Origin: Chrysomallon squamiferum
Lineage: Eukaryota > Animalia > Mollusca
Direction of reading: 5' to 3'
Length of the DNA: 64,000 nt
Assembly (NCBI GenBank): GCA_012295275.1
Contig: CM022672.1
Location: forward strand, 7,254,001 to 7,318,000
The notes beneath the pieces are model-generated. The model saw only the letters and a program-made list of their open reading frames with translations. It did not search any database and was not told where the DNA came from. Shown here one piece after another: positions 14,547-28,340 of the stretch; the first letter of the stretch is position 1, and every line of letters begins with the position of its first letter. Position numbers and translations under genes: made by a program.

Positions 14547-14849
14547 TGTGGTTATTTCAGAATAAATTTCGAATTTAATACGTCATCTATTTTATTCTAA
14601 TGTTAAATGTGCATATATATCTTCCAACAACAAGTTCTAACAAGAGACATCAACACATGTTAACATTTAGATGAATTTGTTTTTCTGTGGGGTTATTTCG
14701 ATGGTATCACAGATAACAGTATTTAACACATGGGGCAATACATGTGTGTGTGTAGCAAGAGGGGAATACTATGCGGTTTTTTAGTTTTATGTTTTATTTT
14801 TTATATATTTTTAAGACACAGTAATGAGTTATATTATTAGGGTGTTTTA

Positions 14850-15750
14850 CTGTGTTGTTGTATTATGCTTTGTTTTATACTGAGCCGAGATAATTTATTG
14901 AAGTAGTATTGTGTTGAGATAATACTGTACTGAAGAAGCATGGTGTTATGTGTTACATTTGTGTTGTCAAAAAGTAGTGTTGGGATGGGTACTGCGTTGA
15001 AGTAGTTTTGTCTTGTCGTTATGGAAAAACAGTTTTTGTGTTGGGAATTGTACTGAAGTAGTTATATATTTGTGTTAAAATAGCCTTGTTTTGGGTAACG
15101 TACTGAAAAGTAGTTGAATATAGAGTAATTATTTTATATTGCTACGTGTTGTAGAGATAGTGCTGTGTTGGATATTATACTGAACTTGTTTTGTGTGTTG
15201 GTATTTGTGATGTTGTGCTAAAGTATTTTGTGTTGAAGTAGTTTTGTGTTGAAGTAGTTTTGTGTTGAGGTAGTTTTGTGTTGGATATTGTATTAGTCGT
15301 GAGTATTTTTTAAAATTTTCGAAGTAGTTTTATGTTATCGTGAACTATTGCACTAGAACATACTCTGTTAATTTATTCTTTTTCCTTTTTTTCTTTGTAT
15401 ATATTGCGCTGAAATATTATATTGAACCTAGATTATCACGTGTAATTACTAAATGTGTTAATGTTTTGTGTTGTCTTACACTGTACTGAGTAGATTCAAT
15501 GCTTCGTGCTGATATTGTTTACTGAAACGTATTATATTGTGTTGAAATATTGTAGACTAAGATCTATTACAATGTTTATGTTGTGTTATTAAAATGTCAT
15601 AGATTTTTGCTGACGTTACGTGAATTATTGTGTTACATGAAGTTTGTGTTTACCTCAGCGCAAAACACATACAAAAAACCTTTGTGTTTTATTGCTTCAG
15701 TGAATTTTGCTGATGTGTGTATTGTGTTGTGTGTTAACAAATTATTTTCA
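14850..15750 (+). repeat. Degenerate tandem array with 16-bp core GTAGTTTTGTGTTGAA
   Basis: Four near-perfect units at about 15221-15285, plus many decayed tgtgttg / tactgaagtag units on either side. Confidence 0.7.
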
Positions 15751-16090
15751 AATTCTATTTTGTATTACAAAAAATATATATATATAATATTACTAAAAAT
15801 TAATCGAAGCCGAGTTAAGAAACATTAATAAACAAAGAAACAAACAAATAAATAAATATTGGCTAACAGAACATTTAAAAAGCAACACGATTAAATAAAA
15901 TAAATTTAATCTTTTAAATTTATTTTTGTACATGAAACATTTTAAATAAATAATCAAACGAACAATCAGTCAAGTCTTATAAGCTTTTTTATTTTAAAAT
16001 TTATCTTCATCAAAAAAAAAAAAAAAAATAATAATAATACTAATAATAACAATATTATTAATAATAATAACAATAATATTAACAACAACA

Positions 16091-16159
<69 letters not shown>

Positions 16160-17929
16160 TAATAATAATAATAACAATAACAATAAGTTCAACGAAATTT
16201 GAAATAATATTAAAATTCATTTTTAGTTCAGGTTTATTATTAATTTTTTCTATTTTTCTATTTTCTATTTCTGTGATAATTTAAACAGTCAGAAACAGAC
16301 AGACAAACAGATAATTTATTAACCGTCTCACCTTATGAACATCGTTAAATAAAAATAAAACAAACATAAAATAAGAATTATATTAAAATAAGAGATATAA
16401 ATATCTTTATAATTGATTCTTTTTTATTTTTTATAGATAAAATGTGCTTCTTACAAATATTTTAATTATATTTATTTATTTGTTTGTTTGTTTTTTTTTT
16501 GTTTGTTTGTTTGTTTGTGTGTTTGTTTGTTTATTCTAAATAATATTTATCAATTAACAGTATAAAATGGGGGTTTGAGGGGTTTTTTTTTCCTAGACGT
16601 CTCAAAACATTATTTATCACATTTTGGATTATCACTATTAATTCATAATAAAATATACTAGTACACAGCTGAAACTACTTACTGAGTACACAGTCATGAT
16701 ATACATGTATTTTACACACACACACACACACGTAAATAATAAAACTAAAATACATTAATTTATATTTATGAAAATCATTTAAATGAATATTAAAACCAGT
16801 TATTTCAAACAAATTTTAATCAAGATACCGCACATAGATTAAAAATAAAGACATTTAACTTCAGATTTTTCCCCCATGAAATTCGTTTCTATGAAAACTG
16901 CTGGAAATTTTATTTTAAACATTTTCTTTTATTAAAAATCAATTTTAGTTATGAATAATGCTTACTTACTAATATTATTTTAATATTTTTTGAAGGAGTT
17001 AAAGCATCGTCATTTAATTTTCTTTTTGCTTAAACTAATTAACTTCTAGTAAAATGTATGCTTGCAAGGTATTCTATTACTTAAAGAATTTCAGAAATTA
17101 TTTTCATAAAGGTTTTATTTTCAAAATACATTATTATGTTCATTATAAAATTCACAAAAAATGCAAATATTAATTTATTTACTTCTTAAGTATTTTATCT
17201 CATTTTTAATTCTCATCCTTTTATGATTATGTATATTTTTTTTTAAATATTTAATTTATTTAATTCTATATTAATTTAATACTAATATATAAAGAGTTTA
17301 CTTTCATGACATAAATAATAATTAATGTCGAAATCTATTTTGATAGCAGCATAAAAATATTTTGATTACGTAAAATATTTTTTTGAAACGTTTGTAAAAT
17401 TTTAAAATATCTTAAATAATAAAATTATAAAAACTATTCAGTTTATATGTTATGTTTGTATGCATGTCTGTATATATGTATATATTATTTACGTATAGTT
17501 GTATGTATGTGTGTATGTATGTATGTATGTATGTATGTATGTATGTATATTGCATGTATTCATCTGTCTGTCTCTCTGTTTGTCTGTCTGTTTGTCACTA
17601 TATAATATATATTAAATTCTTTCTTCCAGTCGTTTCTTTCTATATCTAAAAAGAATTTAACAAAGAGTTTCAGATCTGAGCTGTCGTAACAGATATCTAA
17701 AATATTTCATGATAAATACCACTCACCTCAACCAATGACATTCTTAACAACTCTTTAAACATATTCAAAGTCATGCACCATAAATTTTCTACAAAATCTT
17801 AAGCATGTCTGCGGAAACTATTTCTCAAAGTAAAATAAAAAGGAGTATGTTTAACATTGTCATATATACTCTCACAACATTTCCACAAAGAAATCCATTC
17901 ATTAGAAAGAAAGAAAAAAGTAAAAAATA

Positions 17930-18240
17930 AAAAAGATGGCCGGTCACGTGTCAGACAATTTGACCTTTGACCTCAACATCCTCCATTGATATTTGTGGGG
18001 TGAAGAGGAGAGCTATTTTCCATTCATCAGTGTGTCACCTTGATGTCGTCGACAAGACGAGCTCGTCGTTGTCGTGTCTGCTGCCGTGTCAGATCAAAGG
18101 CGCCGCGATCACGTGAAATCAACAACGTAGTCATTTTGTTCTTATACCCGTGACCTCAGCGCAACAAGTCGAATGTCAGTTTCATGTAACAGACATCAGC
18201 TGTCAGCGTGTACTGTTAGTGTATCACCAAACACTCATCT
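17930..18240. promoter_or_regulatory. Candidate upstream enhancer island
   Basis: AAGATGGC, GTCACGTG, DR1 TGACCTTTGACCT (17961-17973), TCF AGATCAAAGG (18091-18100), ATCACGTGA and several TGTCA sites in about 300 bp. Confidence 0.6.
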
Positions 18241-18299
18241 GATGATGATAATAATAATAGTAATAATAATTATAATAATAGTAATAGTAGTAGTGGTAA

Positions 18300-18349
<50 letters not shown>

Positions 18350-19076
18350 ATAATAACAACAACAACAATAACAGAAGCAATAAATAAATAAAATAAAATA
18401 AAATAAAATAAAATGACGGCTATTGTAAATGTTATTACACTGATGTGTAGGTAAGCAAACTGATTTCTATTATTGAAAATTAAGTTTAATATTATAAATA
18501 AATAAATAAATAAATAAATATTGCTGTTTATTTCTTCTCACTGAAACAAGTAAGTAAATATATAAACAAATAAAATATAATTGTCAAAAGGATATATTTT
18601 AAACTCTTTTTAATCTAGATTTTTACAAAATTTCTTATAAAATACAAAATATATTCTCTGTTGTTTTAATCTAAAAATAATTTTAAAACTGACTGTAATT
18701 TTCAAGTCTGTGCGTGCGAGCGTGGGTGCGTGTAGGTACATAAATATATGAAAAATAAATATGATAGAAAAATGTTTTCCTTTTAGGTAAGAGTAAAAGT
18801 AATCAAGAAAGCAGAATGCTTTGGGTGCAAGTTTTAACACACAGAGGAACAAATCATGTCTTTGATGTAAGGATACTGGAAAAGAAAACAGCCTGTCATT
18901 TTTCAGATCATTCACACAGCTCGTAAAATAACTTCTTGGTGTCAGACAGTTTTCAGCGAAGACTACACTAACTGTAAATATTTTTACTGGAGATAAGTAA
19001 TATAGAAATAAACAACTTCAAAGAACATTGGTACTTACATCTGTCAATTCACTTGGCAAAACCTGAAAACGATTTT

Positions 19077-19111
<35 letters not shown>

Positions 19112-19535
19112 GAGAAGGAACACGTTCTTAATATTTATGCAACTGAAAAAGCATCGAATGAAACAGTTTTACTTATTGTAGTTTTACGACATACGTTCAT
19201 ACTTAACCAAGAACTGTCGTTCAGAAAACGGCACACTGATGGTCTACACGGCACCACTAAATAACCACAAAAGGCGCAATAAATTCAGCCTTTTGTGAGA
19301 ACCGGGAAAATATAGGATGTCCGCCGAGCTCCATTAAACTCCAGTGATTTGTTTTCCAGATTCCAGGGACCGCCTACAACGCTGACCCGCGGTCTCTGCA
19401 GCATCGTCTCGAAGTTGTGAAACCGTTAATGAAAATCTGTCAACAGCAAAGATTTGTTGTGCTAGCGAACAGCGACTACCCAGTGAAACATGCATGTGTT
19501 TCGTTTTATTTACTGCAGTCGAGTTTCCATGTGGT

Positions 19536-19593
<58 letters not shown>

Positions 19594-19769
19594 TAGTAGT
19601 AGTAGTAGTAGTAGTAGAAGTAGTGATAGTAAAAGTACTAGCAGTAGTAGTAGTAGTAGTAGTAGTAAAAAATATGATAATCAGTAAGAAGAAGACGAGA
19701 AATTAAAAAAAGCAATAAATGAAAAATATAAAAAAACTGTAACTCACAATAAATAAATAAATAAAGACT

Positions 19770-19811
<42 letters not shown>

Positions 19812-20930
19812 GTACTAGTTGCAGTAGTAGTAATAGTTGTAGTAGTAAAAAAACTAATTAAAAAAATAAAAGTAATAATAATAAAATAAATAATAATAAT
19901 GGTTAAATTAGAACACTTTTATGATACAGAAATATTTGAATATATAATAATCATTACTGGCGAATTTCTGTTTCTTTTTTATATGGTTTAATAATAATAA
20001 TTATTATAACTAAAAAAATCAAATAAATAAAATAAAATAATAATAATAATAAATGAGTATTTAAATAGTGCTAAGATATCGAAAGACTATATATATCTTA
20101 AATATCTGATATCATTTTGGTATACAGTTTAATCTGTTTTGTATATTATTGACAAGTTTCAATCCATTTCTATATATTTTAATAATAATAATAATAGTAG
20201 TAATAATAATAATAATAACAATAATAATAATAATTCTAATAGTAATAGTAATAATAATAAATGTAGTAATAATAACTGTATGGTTTTATTAAATCAAAAA
20301 ATATCAAAACTATGTGTGTACACACACACACAAATTATGATAATGATTATGATAATGATAAAAGTATTTTGTAAGCCTTCTTCTGTTAGATCATATTATT
20401 TGTTATATCAGCATTGTAATATATATGTATGTATGTATATATATATATATTTTTTTTTTATAATTGTATGTATGTATGTATATATACATATTTTCTTTTT
20501 ATAATTTAACACATATAAACAGCAAACTGAAAACTAAATATTCTTCTCAAAAGTTTTAATAGACATTATGACTGTGAGGTATTCGGATCGCTACTCACTA
20601 CTAGAATATAATCTGTTTATAACACATCTAACATACTAACATAGCCTCTGACTATCAGTCCACTGTCTGGGTTATGCGAACATGACAAACATACACAAAC
20701 CGTCTGTGGATACAAATTTCAGATTCTTTTTATTATACTTAATTTAATTTAATTAATACTTATTATTACATTAACTGTGAGGAATTTTGAAAATTAATTT
20801 CTATATTATTTGTAATTAATCATTAGTAAAAATGTTTAATTTTATAAATAGAGAATTATTTTTTCTACTTCTGTTATGGGCTATCATTCTTAGGTTTACA
20901 AAATTTCAAATGTATTTATTTTAATAATAA

Positions 20931-20961
<31 letters not shown>

Positions 20962-23802
20962 ACAAAATTAAATTATTATCGAAATAATAATTTAAAAAAT
21001 GAATCGAATATTAAATTTCATATTATAGTAATAATATTTTGTACAAATATAAAAAGTATTCGATATACAAATTTATTAAAGAAATCTTTAAAAAATGTTT
21101 AAAAGATACATAATAAAAAGTAATTGTATTTTTCTTTGCTACTAATTGCTATTGACATTATGCCTTTTAAGGAATTTACGAAACTAATTTCAGTTTTAAA
21201 ATTACATTTAATTGCCTTATCACAAAGAAACGCAAGTAAGAGAAATTTCTGTGCAGAAACAAAAAAAAAATATTCATAAACAAGAAATGACAATTATTAA
21301 AAATAAATAAATTAATTAATTAAAATTACTGAATAATCTGAAAGAAAAGAAAATGAAAAAATGCAATAAAAATCTGGAATTGCCATCAAATGTCCAGATT
21401 TAATAAATGACTTGCATCAGTATTATTGTACTGAGAGCAGATCATGTTAATAAAACTATGGTGATATAGGTCTTTTAAATTCCCTTGTGTAATTTCTGAT
21501 AAATTACTACTGTCTAATATAAGTTTAATAAGTGGGGTTTTTTAGGTTTTTTTTTTTATATATATATTATTATTTATTTTTTTATTTTTTTATTTTTTTA
21601 CGAAATAAAAATGAATAATAATTAATAAGAAAATACTAAAAGAAAAGACACACAAAATATATAAATACTTAAAATATAATAAAATAATGTAAGATAATAT
21701 AAATCAAAAGGAAAGGAACTAAAATAGAATGAAATGAATAATAAGTAAAATAAAAATAAAATAAACGGGAAATAAAACAATAGTGGAATAATAATAATAA
21801 TAATTATGATAATAATGATGATAATGATGATGATGATTATGAAGATTATCATTAAGGTTATAATAATAACGATAATGCTAATAATGATAAACGCGATGAT
21901 GATGATGATAATGTTAATAACAGACAAATATAAACAGACAAAAACTAATGTTATGGAAATTAAAAACTTTATTAACGAACCGCTTCCTCTAACCAGTTTG
22001 TGGAAACGTCTAAAAAGCTGAAAGCTTTTAGCCTTTTTCTTGAATTCCATCCATAGCGCGACACTTGAGGAGTCTGACTACAGAAGTCTTTAACGAGGTG
22101 CTACTTACTGAGGTCTCTTAGCCGTCTCGAGTACATTAGAAATGGCATCTTGACTTCAAAGAGCTGCTTTTTGAAGCATCTACCCTATAAATCACATAAG
22201 ACGATAAGATCCTGCTTATGTTAATTACCCCCACAGAGATCCTGATTAAAGTCATTTTCTGTCTTCCAATCAAAAACATTCCAAAATTTACTGCGCTACT
22301 TCACCCAAAACGTCATTTCCTTGTTTGGATTTATCGAGTCTCTCTCTCAGTGTCGATAAGTATTTCATATCGTAACTCGGCTGAAAATAGGAATTGAAAT
22401 CTGAAAAATCTTCAGATATGAAACCCGCATGATGCAGTCGTGACGCCGTTGTGTTTGATGTCTGACGTAATAGTTGTTTTGTTAATGAAAGACGAAAAAA
22501 AAAAAAATTATATATATGTATAATACAACTATGTTTTCAATTTAGCGTTTCTTGACAAGAAATCTACTTCAAAGAAAGTTGTATTAAATGATTGTAGGGG
22601 TCCAGAATTAGACGTATCTCTCAGAGATGATGAATAAAACTTTTACACTCCTCAAAGAGGTTATTTTCTTTTTATTTCTAATCTAGGAAAAACGTGGCGG
22701 TCCACTGATAACAATAATAACAAAAACAAAAACAACACAAACCTATTCTGTTAAAATGCAAGTAAACAAATACATTTATTTTAAAAATATGTAAGTAAAC
22801 AAACATTTACATTTAATATACTAATATATAGAAATAGATGTACATTTTTGACATTTTTGTTATATATATAGGTATGGATATAATATATACATAATCATAT
22901 TTATTTGAAACATTCATACGCCCCTATACATACATACATACACAGAGAGAGAGAGACATGCATACGAACACACGAATATATATATATATATACACAAACA
23001 CTCTTTATATATATATATATGTATTTATTTACACACACATACATGCATACATACATATATAAATATATGCATTTATTTTCTTATTTTTCTCATATTTCAT
23101 TCACTTCTTTCACACAAATACTTGTTCGTTGGAAAAACAATTAGAATTACAACAACAACAAAAATGATAATAATTAAAAATAAAGGCCATTATCAACTAA
23201 AATAATTACGTCCATTAAGATATTAACCAACTTTCACCTTTTCCATCTGTTAAAATCCATTATTCTTTTATTTGTAATTAGTTCTAAATTTACATAAAAT
23301 GTTTTCTTAAAATTTATAATTTAACATGAAACAAATCTTCTGCTTCAGTTACATTAAAACAACACTGAACAGTTCTCCGTCAAGAAAAAAAAATTGAACA
23401 AAGTATATATTAATAATAATAAATAAATAAATAAGAAAATAAATGAATAAAAAAAGAAAATACAAAAGAATCACACTGCAAATGAGATGGATTTGTGTCA
23501 GACTTCAGGGGATGGAATACCAAATTATATCTTTAATTCCAAAATGAATGACCCCAGTAACCTGTCGTTTCCCCATTGCTCGGGAAGTTTTCACACCTAT
23601 GCGTTTTAATATTGACATGAACCCATTAGGCTTTCTTGTACATTTGTCCGTTCTTTCTGGATAGCTTAGTGAGGTGTTAAGGTAGCTGAAGGCATCAATA
23701 AATATCTCATTAGAGCATCAGTGTTTGGTGGACAGATGAGTCGTTCTCAGAGGTGTTCGCGCCATCTGCCTTGCGAACAGACGACCGAGCTGCAAGAGTT
23801 TT

Positions 23803-24087
23803 GATTGCAGACTTTTAGGAACAGACATTTCAGTTGAAGACGCTTATGATTGCAAATCTTTATATTACAGACATTCAGGTTGCAGACGTCCAGGTTTGCA
23901 GACATTTAGTTTGCAGACGTTTAGGTTTGCAGGAGTTTAGGTTGCATACATTTAGACTGTATACATCTAGGTTGCAGACGTTTAGATTGTATACACCTAG
24001 ATTGCAGACGTTTAGGTTGCAGACGTTTTGGATTGCAGACGTATAGGTTGCAGACGTTTTGGATTGCAGACGTATAGGTTGCAGACG
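23803..24087 (+). repeat. 15-16 bp minisatellite, consensus TTGCAGACGTTTAGG
   Basis: Roughly 18 tandem units, more degenerate toward the 5' end. Confidence 0.92.
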
Positions 24088-25105
24088 AAAATGATTTGTC
24101 AAAAATTAACGTATATTTTTCTGTTGTTGTTATATATTTTTTTGTTTGTTTGTTTGTTGTTGTTGTTTTTAATGTTATTCATACTATTTATTTTCAGACC
24201 TTAATATAAATAAATATTACATTTTATTTATTTCTCTGTCTCGCGTATATTTGAAATTTGTCGACATATCTTCTTATTTCAGTAATAACAACAACAAAAA
24301 CTAAGTTAATGATGATGATGATGATTAATACTAATATTAATACAAACATTATTATCATTATGATTGTGACACCAGTAAAGATAAAGGTAGTAATGTATGA
24401 GCTTATGTATATTTCAGTTTTTTCATCGTTGATACATTTAAATTATTTTATTTAGGAGTTTAAAAAATATTAAACATTTTAACAATATTAAAAATACTCA
24501 TGTAAAATATAATGTCATCCATACGTAAAAGATTTATTAGATATTGTAAAAATATTGATGTATGATAAGTTAAATCGGGGTTCTAATTCGGTTTAAGATA
24601 TGAAGGTAATAATATTAAAATATGTTTTGATAAAAACTATGATATTTTGAAAATAAACGGTTTTTTAAAAACATAAAAATTTCAATTTATTTGTTATAAT
24701 GTTATTGCATTCTTCACATCATTATTATTAATTTTTATTTTTTATTATTTTCATTCCGTATTCTTAAAGGAAATAAAAATGAAAAATTTTATATTTATTT
24801 TAATTAAAGAATATTTTAATTATAACAGTATCTGTTTCTGAAAATTGTTCTCTTTCGTTTTCCACATTCAGATTACTTTTAAGAATATTTTAATTTTATA
24901 ATGTAATTTTAATAGTTATCTTATATAAAGTTTAGTGAAACAAACTCAAATTAAAATTTCGATTTATTTTACTTTTAATTTGATTTTGATTTCTCAAGAA
25001 TATTATTTTCATAATGCTATAATTGTGGTTTATTATCGTTATTGGAATTTTCAGAAATAAACATAAACATAATAATAAATATAAAATTAATAATAATATT
25101 ATTAA

Positions 25106-25171
<66 letters not shown>

Positions 25172-25195
25172 TAGTATTATAAGTATTAGTATTAG

Positions 25196-25237
<42 letters not shown>

Positions 25238-26154
25238 AACGATGATAATAATAACAACGACAGCAACAACAATAACAATGAACATTATATCAAATAAATT
25301 AAATTCACATTTATAAAAATAAAAAAATTCGTTCATTTAACTACGAAATATTTTAAAAACGTGACTGTATCTGATTCTAGAAACCAGTTTGACAGACGAC
25401 TTTTGAAATATAATGTGAAATTAATTGTTGAATTGTTTCCTGATTCCTTACGTGGGCAGTCAAATGTCGGTTTGTGAGAAAGTTGATGGATGTCGGAACT
25501 CGAAGAACAATTAACATCATGTTGACGCTGTCGTACATATTAAATTTGCTTTTCAAAATATTAAAATATAGTTTTATAAATACTCAAGCGTATTTTGAAA
25601 TAGGTGAGAGAAAAAAAGTGACATATACACCGACACACCCGCCCACCCATATATATGCATTCACCTTATATTTATATGAATGTGTGTGTGTTGAGATATG
25701 TATGTATGTATCGTAAACCCTATAAGTTTTTATATACAATCAGATTAAACTCAAATATAAAAAGTAACATGACAATAAAAGCACAAACACACGCATTAAC
25801 GCAAACAGACTTACACGAACATACCTTTACACAAATGAGCATTTTACAGGCTATTCAAAATATGTATTTTTGTCTGAGGTTATATTTTCTTTAGGTTATT
25901 ATTACGAATTTTTTACAAATATTATTTTCAGATTAGCGAGAATCAAGAAGTAAAAAAAAAAAAAAAAAAAAAAAATAATAATAAATAAATAAATAAAATG
26001 GAAAGAACAAAAATAAAGCTGGTAATTAATAAATAACAAAAAATACAAAAAAGAAATAATCAAATTGTGATTATTATAAAAACTTAAAACGAATGAACGA
26101 TCACAACTATAATTTTATTTAATGTACATTTATTGATTTATTTATTATTTATTT

Positions 26155-26187
<33 letters not shown>

Positions 26188-26401
26188 TTTGTTTGTTTGT
26201 TTGTTTGTTTGTTTGTTTGTTTATTTGCTTGTTTGTTATTATTCAGTTTTTGTATTTGCTTGAATTTTTATCGAAAAAAATCGTTAGTTAAAAATGTGAA
26301 ATTGATATTTAATTTCCTAAGTTATTATTTAAATTTTCAACAATTTAATAAGCTGAAAACATTAATTTCAAATTAGTAAAATATATATACTTAACATTAA
26401 T

Positions 26402-26432
<31 letters not shown>

Positions 26433-26448
26433 AATACAAGCACAAACA

Positions 26449-26487
<39 letters not shown>

Positions 26488-26861
26488 ATACAGACATGTT
26501 ATATAACAGACAAACACGTTTATTTAAAAGTTATTCATTTATTTGTTACACGTTTTATTTATTAAACTGTACGTCAACGCAATTAAAGCGCCAACAGAAA
26601 GCTTTCCACCTCGTGTGTAGCAGTGTAATGACCCCTGTCTCCTGCCGCAGATACACAGGCTGCATAAATACATTTTTAATACGCATTTTCCACAGACAGA
26701 CACAGTACTTGATATTCACAACATGTGAAAATAATAAGTGTGTTTTGTGTGTCAAATTTAAGTAGGTTTCTGACTGAAATTTGATCGTGTCAAAAATTTT
26801 CATTCTCGATCATAATTAACTGAGACTGTTTTAATTAAAGCTATTTTATTTCCTTATCATT

Positions 26862-26863
<2 letters not shown>

Positions 26864-26909
<46 letters not shown>

Positions 26910-27150
26910 AGAGAAACAGAGACAGACCTACAACTAGAGAGATAGATAGTGAGATAGATAGATATGTATATACACAGATGTATAGATGGATGGATGGATG
27001 GATAGATGGATGGATGGATGGATAGAGACATGCAGATGAAAAGATAGATAGATTGATAGACAGATAGATAAATATATAGATAGAGACAGATAGATACATA
27101 CGTACGTACATACATAGATAGAGAGACAGGTAAATCGACAGACAGATAGA
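26864..27150 (+). repeat. (CA)n plus GATA/GATG/GACA tetranucleotide field
   Basis: Direct read. Confidence 0.9.
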
Positions 27151-27815
27151 CAGTTACGTACCATAGACTCAATTTCATTTAACAACAGGACAAAGCCGAT
27201 TACATCATATATGTTTCATAGCAACCACATCGATGACGACAACAAAATTTCCCTGCAGCACAAACTGCTACTTTATGTTCACTGACATCAATCACACAGT
27301 GTTGTGTGTTGCCGCTTATCAAGTGTTTGTTGTAGAGTAAATAAACGGGATTTGTCATCAGTGTGTCTTTAAACGTTAATTAAGTAGGAATACATTTTTA
27401 ACATAGTTTCACATGATTGAGTGGACATCACACATCACTAGAAAGTTACTTACGTGCTCAGTTTACTGTGATTGATTTACATAATGATAATATTTCATTT
27501 ACGCTCGTTATTTAGATCTTTCAATTTTAATTACAGGTTTTGTCATATTTACTTTGGATTTATATGTGTTTGTGAGTATGTGTATGTGTATGTGTGTGTG
27601 TCTATATATATTTGCATGTGTGGGTATGCATTCTTTAGTTTGTAGCAGTGTGCACATGCATGAATGCATACAGAAATAAACACACATATACATACACATA
27701 TAGATACATACATACATACATACATAGATACATATATACATAAACAAAGACATACGTACGTTGATAATACATACATACATATATTCAATTACATGTACAT
27801 ATATACTATGTGATG

Positions 27816-27851
<36 letters not shown>

Positions 27852-28019
27852 CATCACCTTTAGATTAATACCAGTAAGAGAAAACAAAACAAAAACAAAA
27901 GCAGAAAGATCAAAAAACAAAACTACATTAATACACATAATTTGATTAAAACGACATCAGTAGTCTAACGATAACTGTCGGAAGTAATTTACAAACTCAT
28001 CTATTTTTCAAATTATTTC

Positions 28020-28340
28020 CAAATATTCCAGCTATTCCAGGAATCCCGCCAACTAATTGAGCTGCTAATTAGGAGCGACACTGGCTAATGGGAGTTGTGT
28101 TGGGCAGCTGGCCACAGTCACACTGCGCATGTCTCGACTCTCCAGCCTACCCATCAGTCACTGCTGCGGCTCGCGCTTTTACCGCTGTCCAAGCAAGATG
28201 GACGGACCATGTGACAGGTTGCGTCATGACTTTTAATGGGTAATTAGAAAAGTGCATTAATGTTGATTTAATTGCGTCAGATACCGAGAAAGCTATAAAT
28301 CTGCGACTAAAGAATAAAATGACGTCATAACAGATTGTTT
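28020..28340. promoter_or_regulatory. Candidate homeodomain-responsive enhancer island
   Basis: GC-richer block with CTAATTG, CTAATTAG, CTAATGG, TAATGGGTAATTAG, CATTAATG, TTAATTG and TGACGTCA. Confidence 0.5.

Noticed and set aside
23803-24102. Pentapeptide-repeat-like ORFs (LQTFR / NLNVC) and CRISPR-like regularity
   Set aside because: Head-to-tail 15-bp minisatellite without unique spacers, splice context or cas genes.
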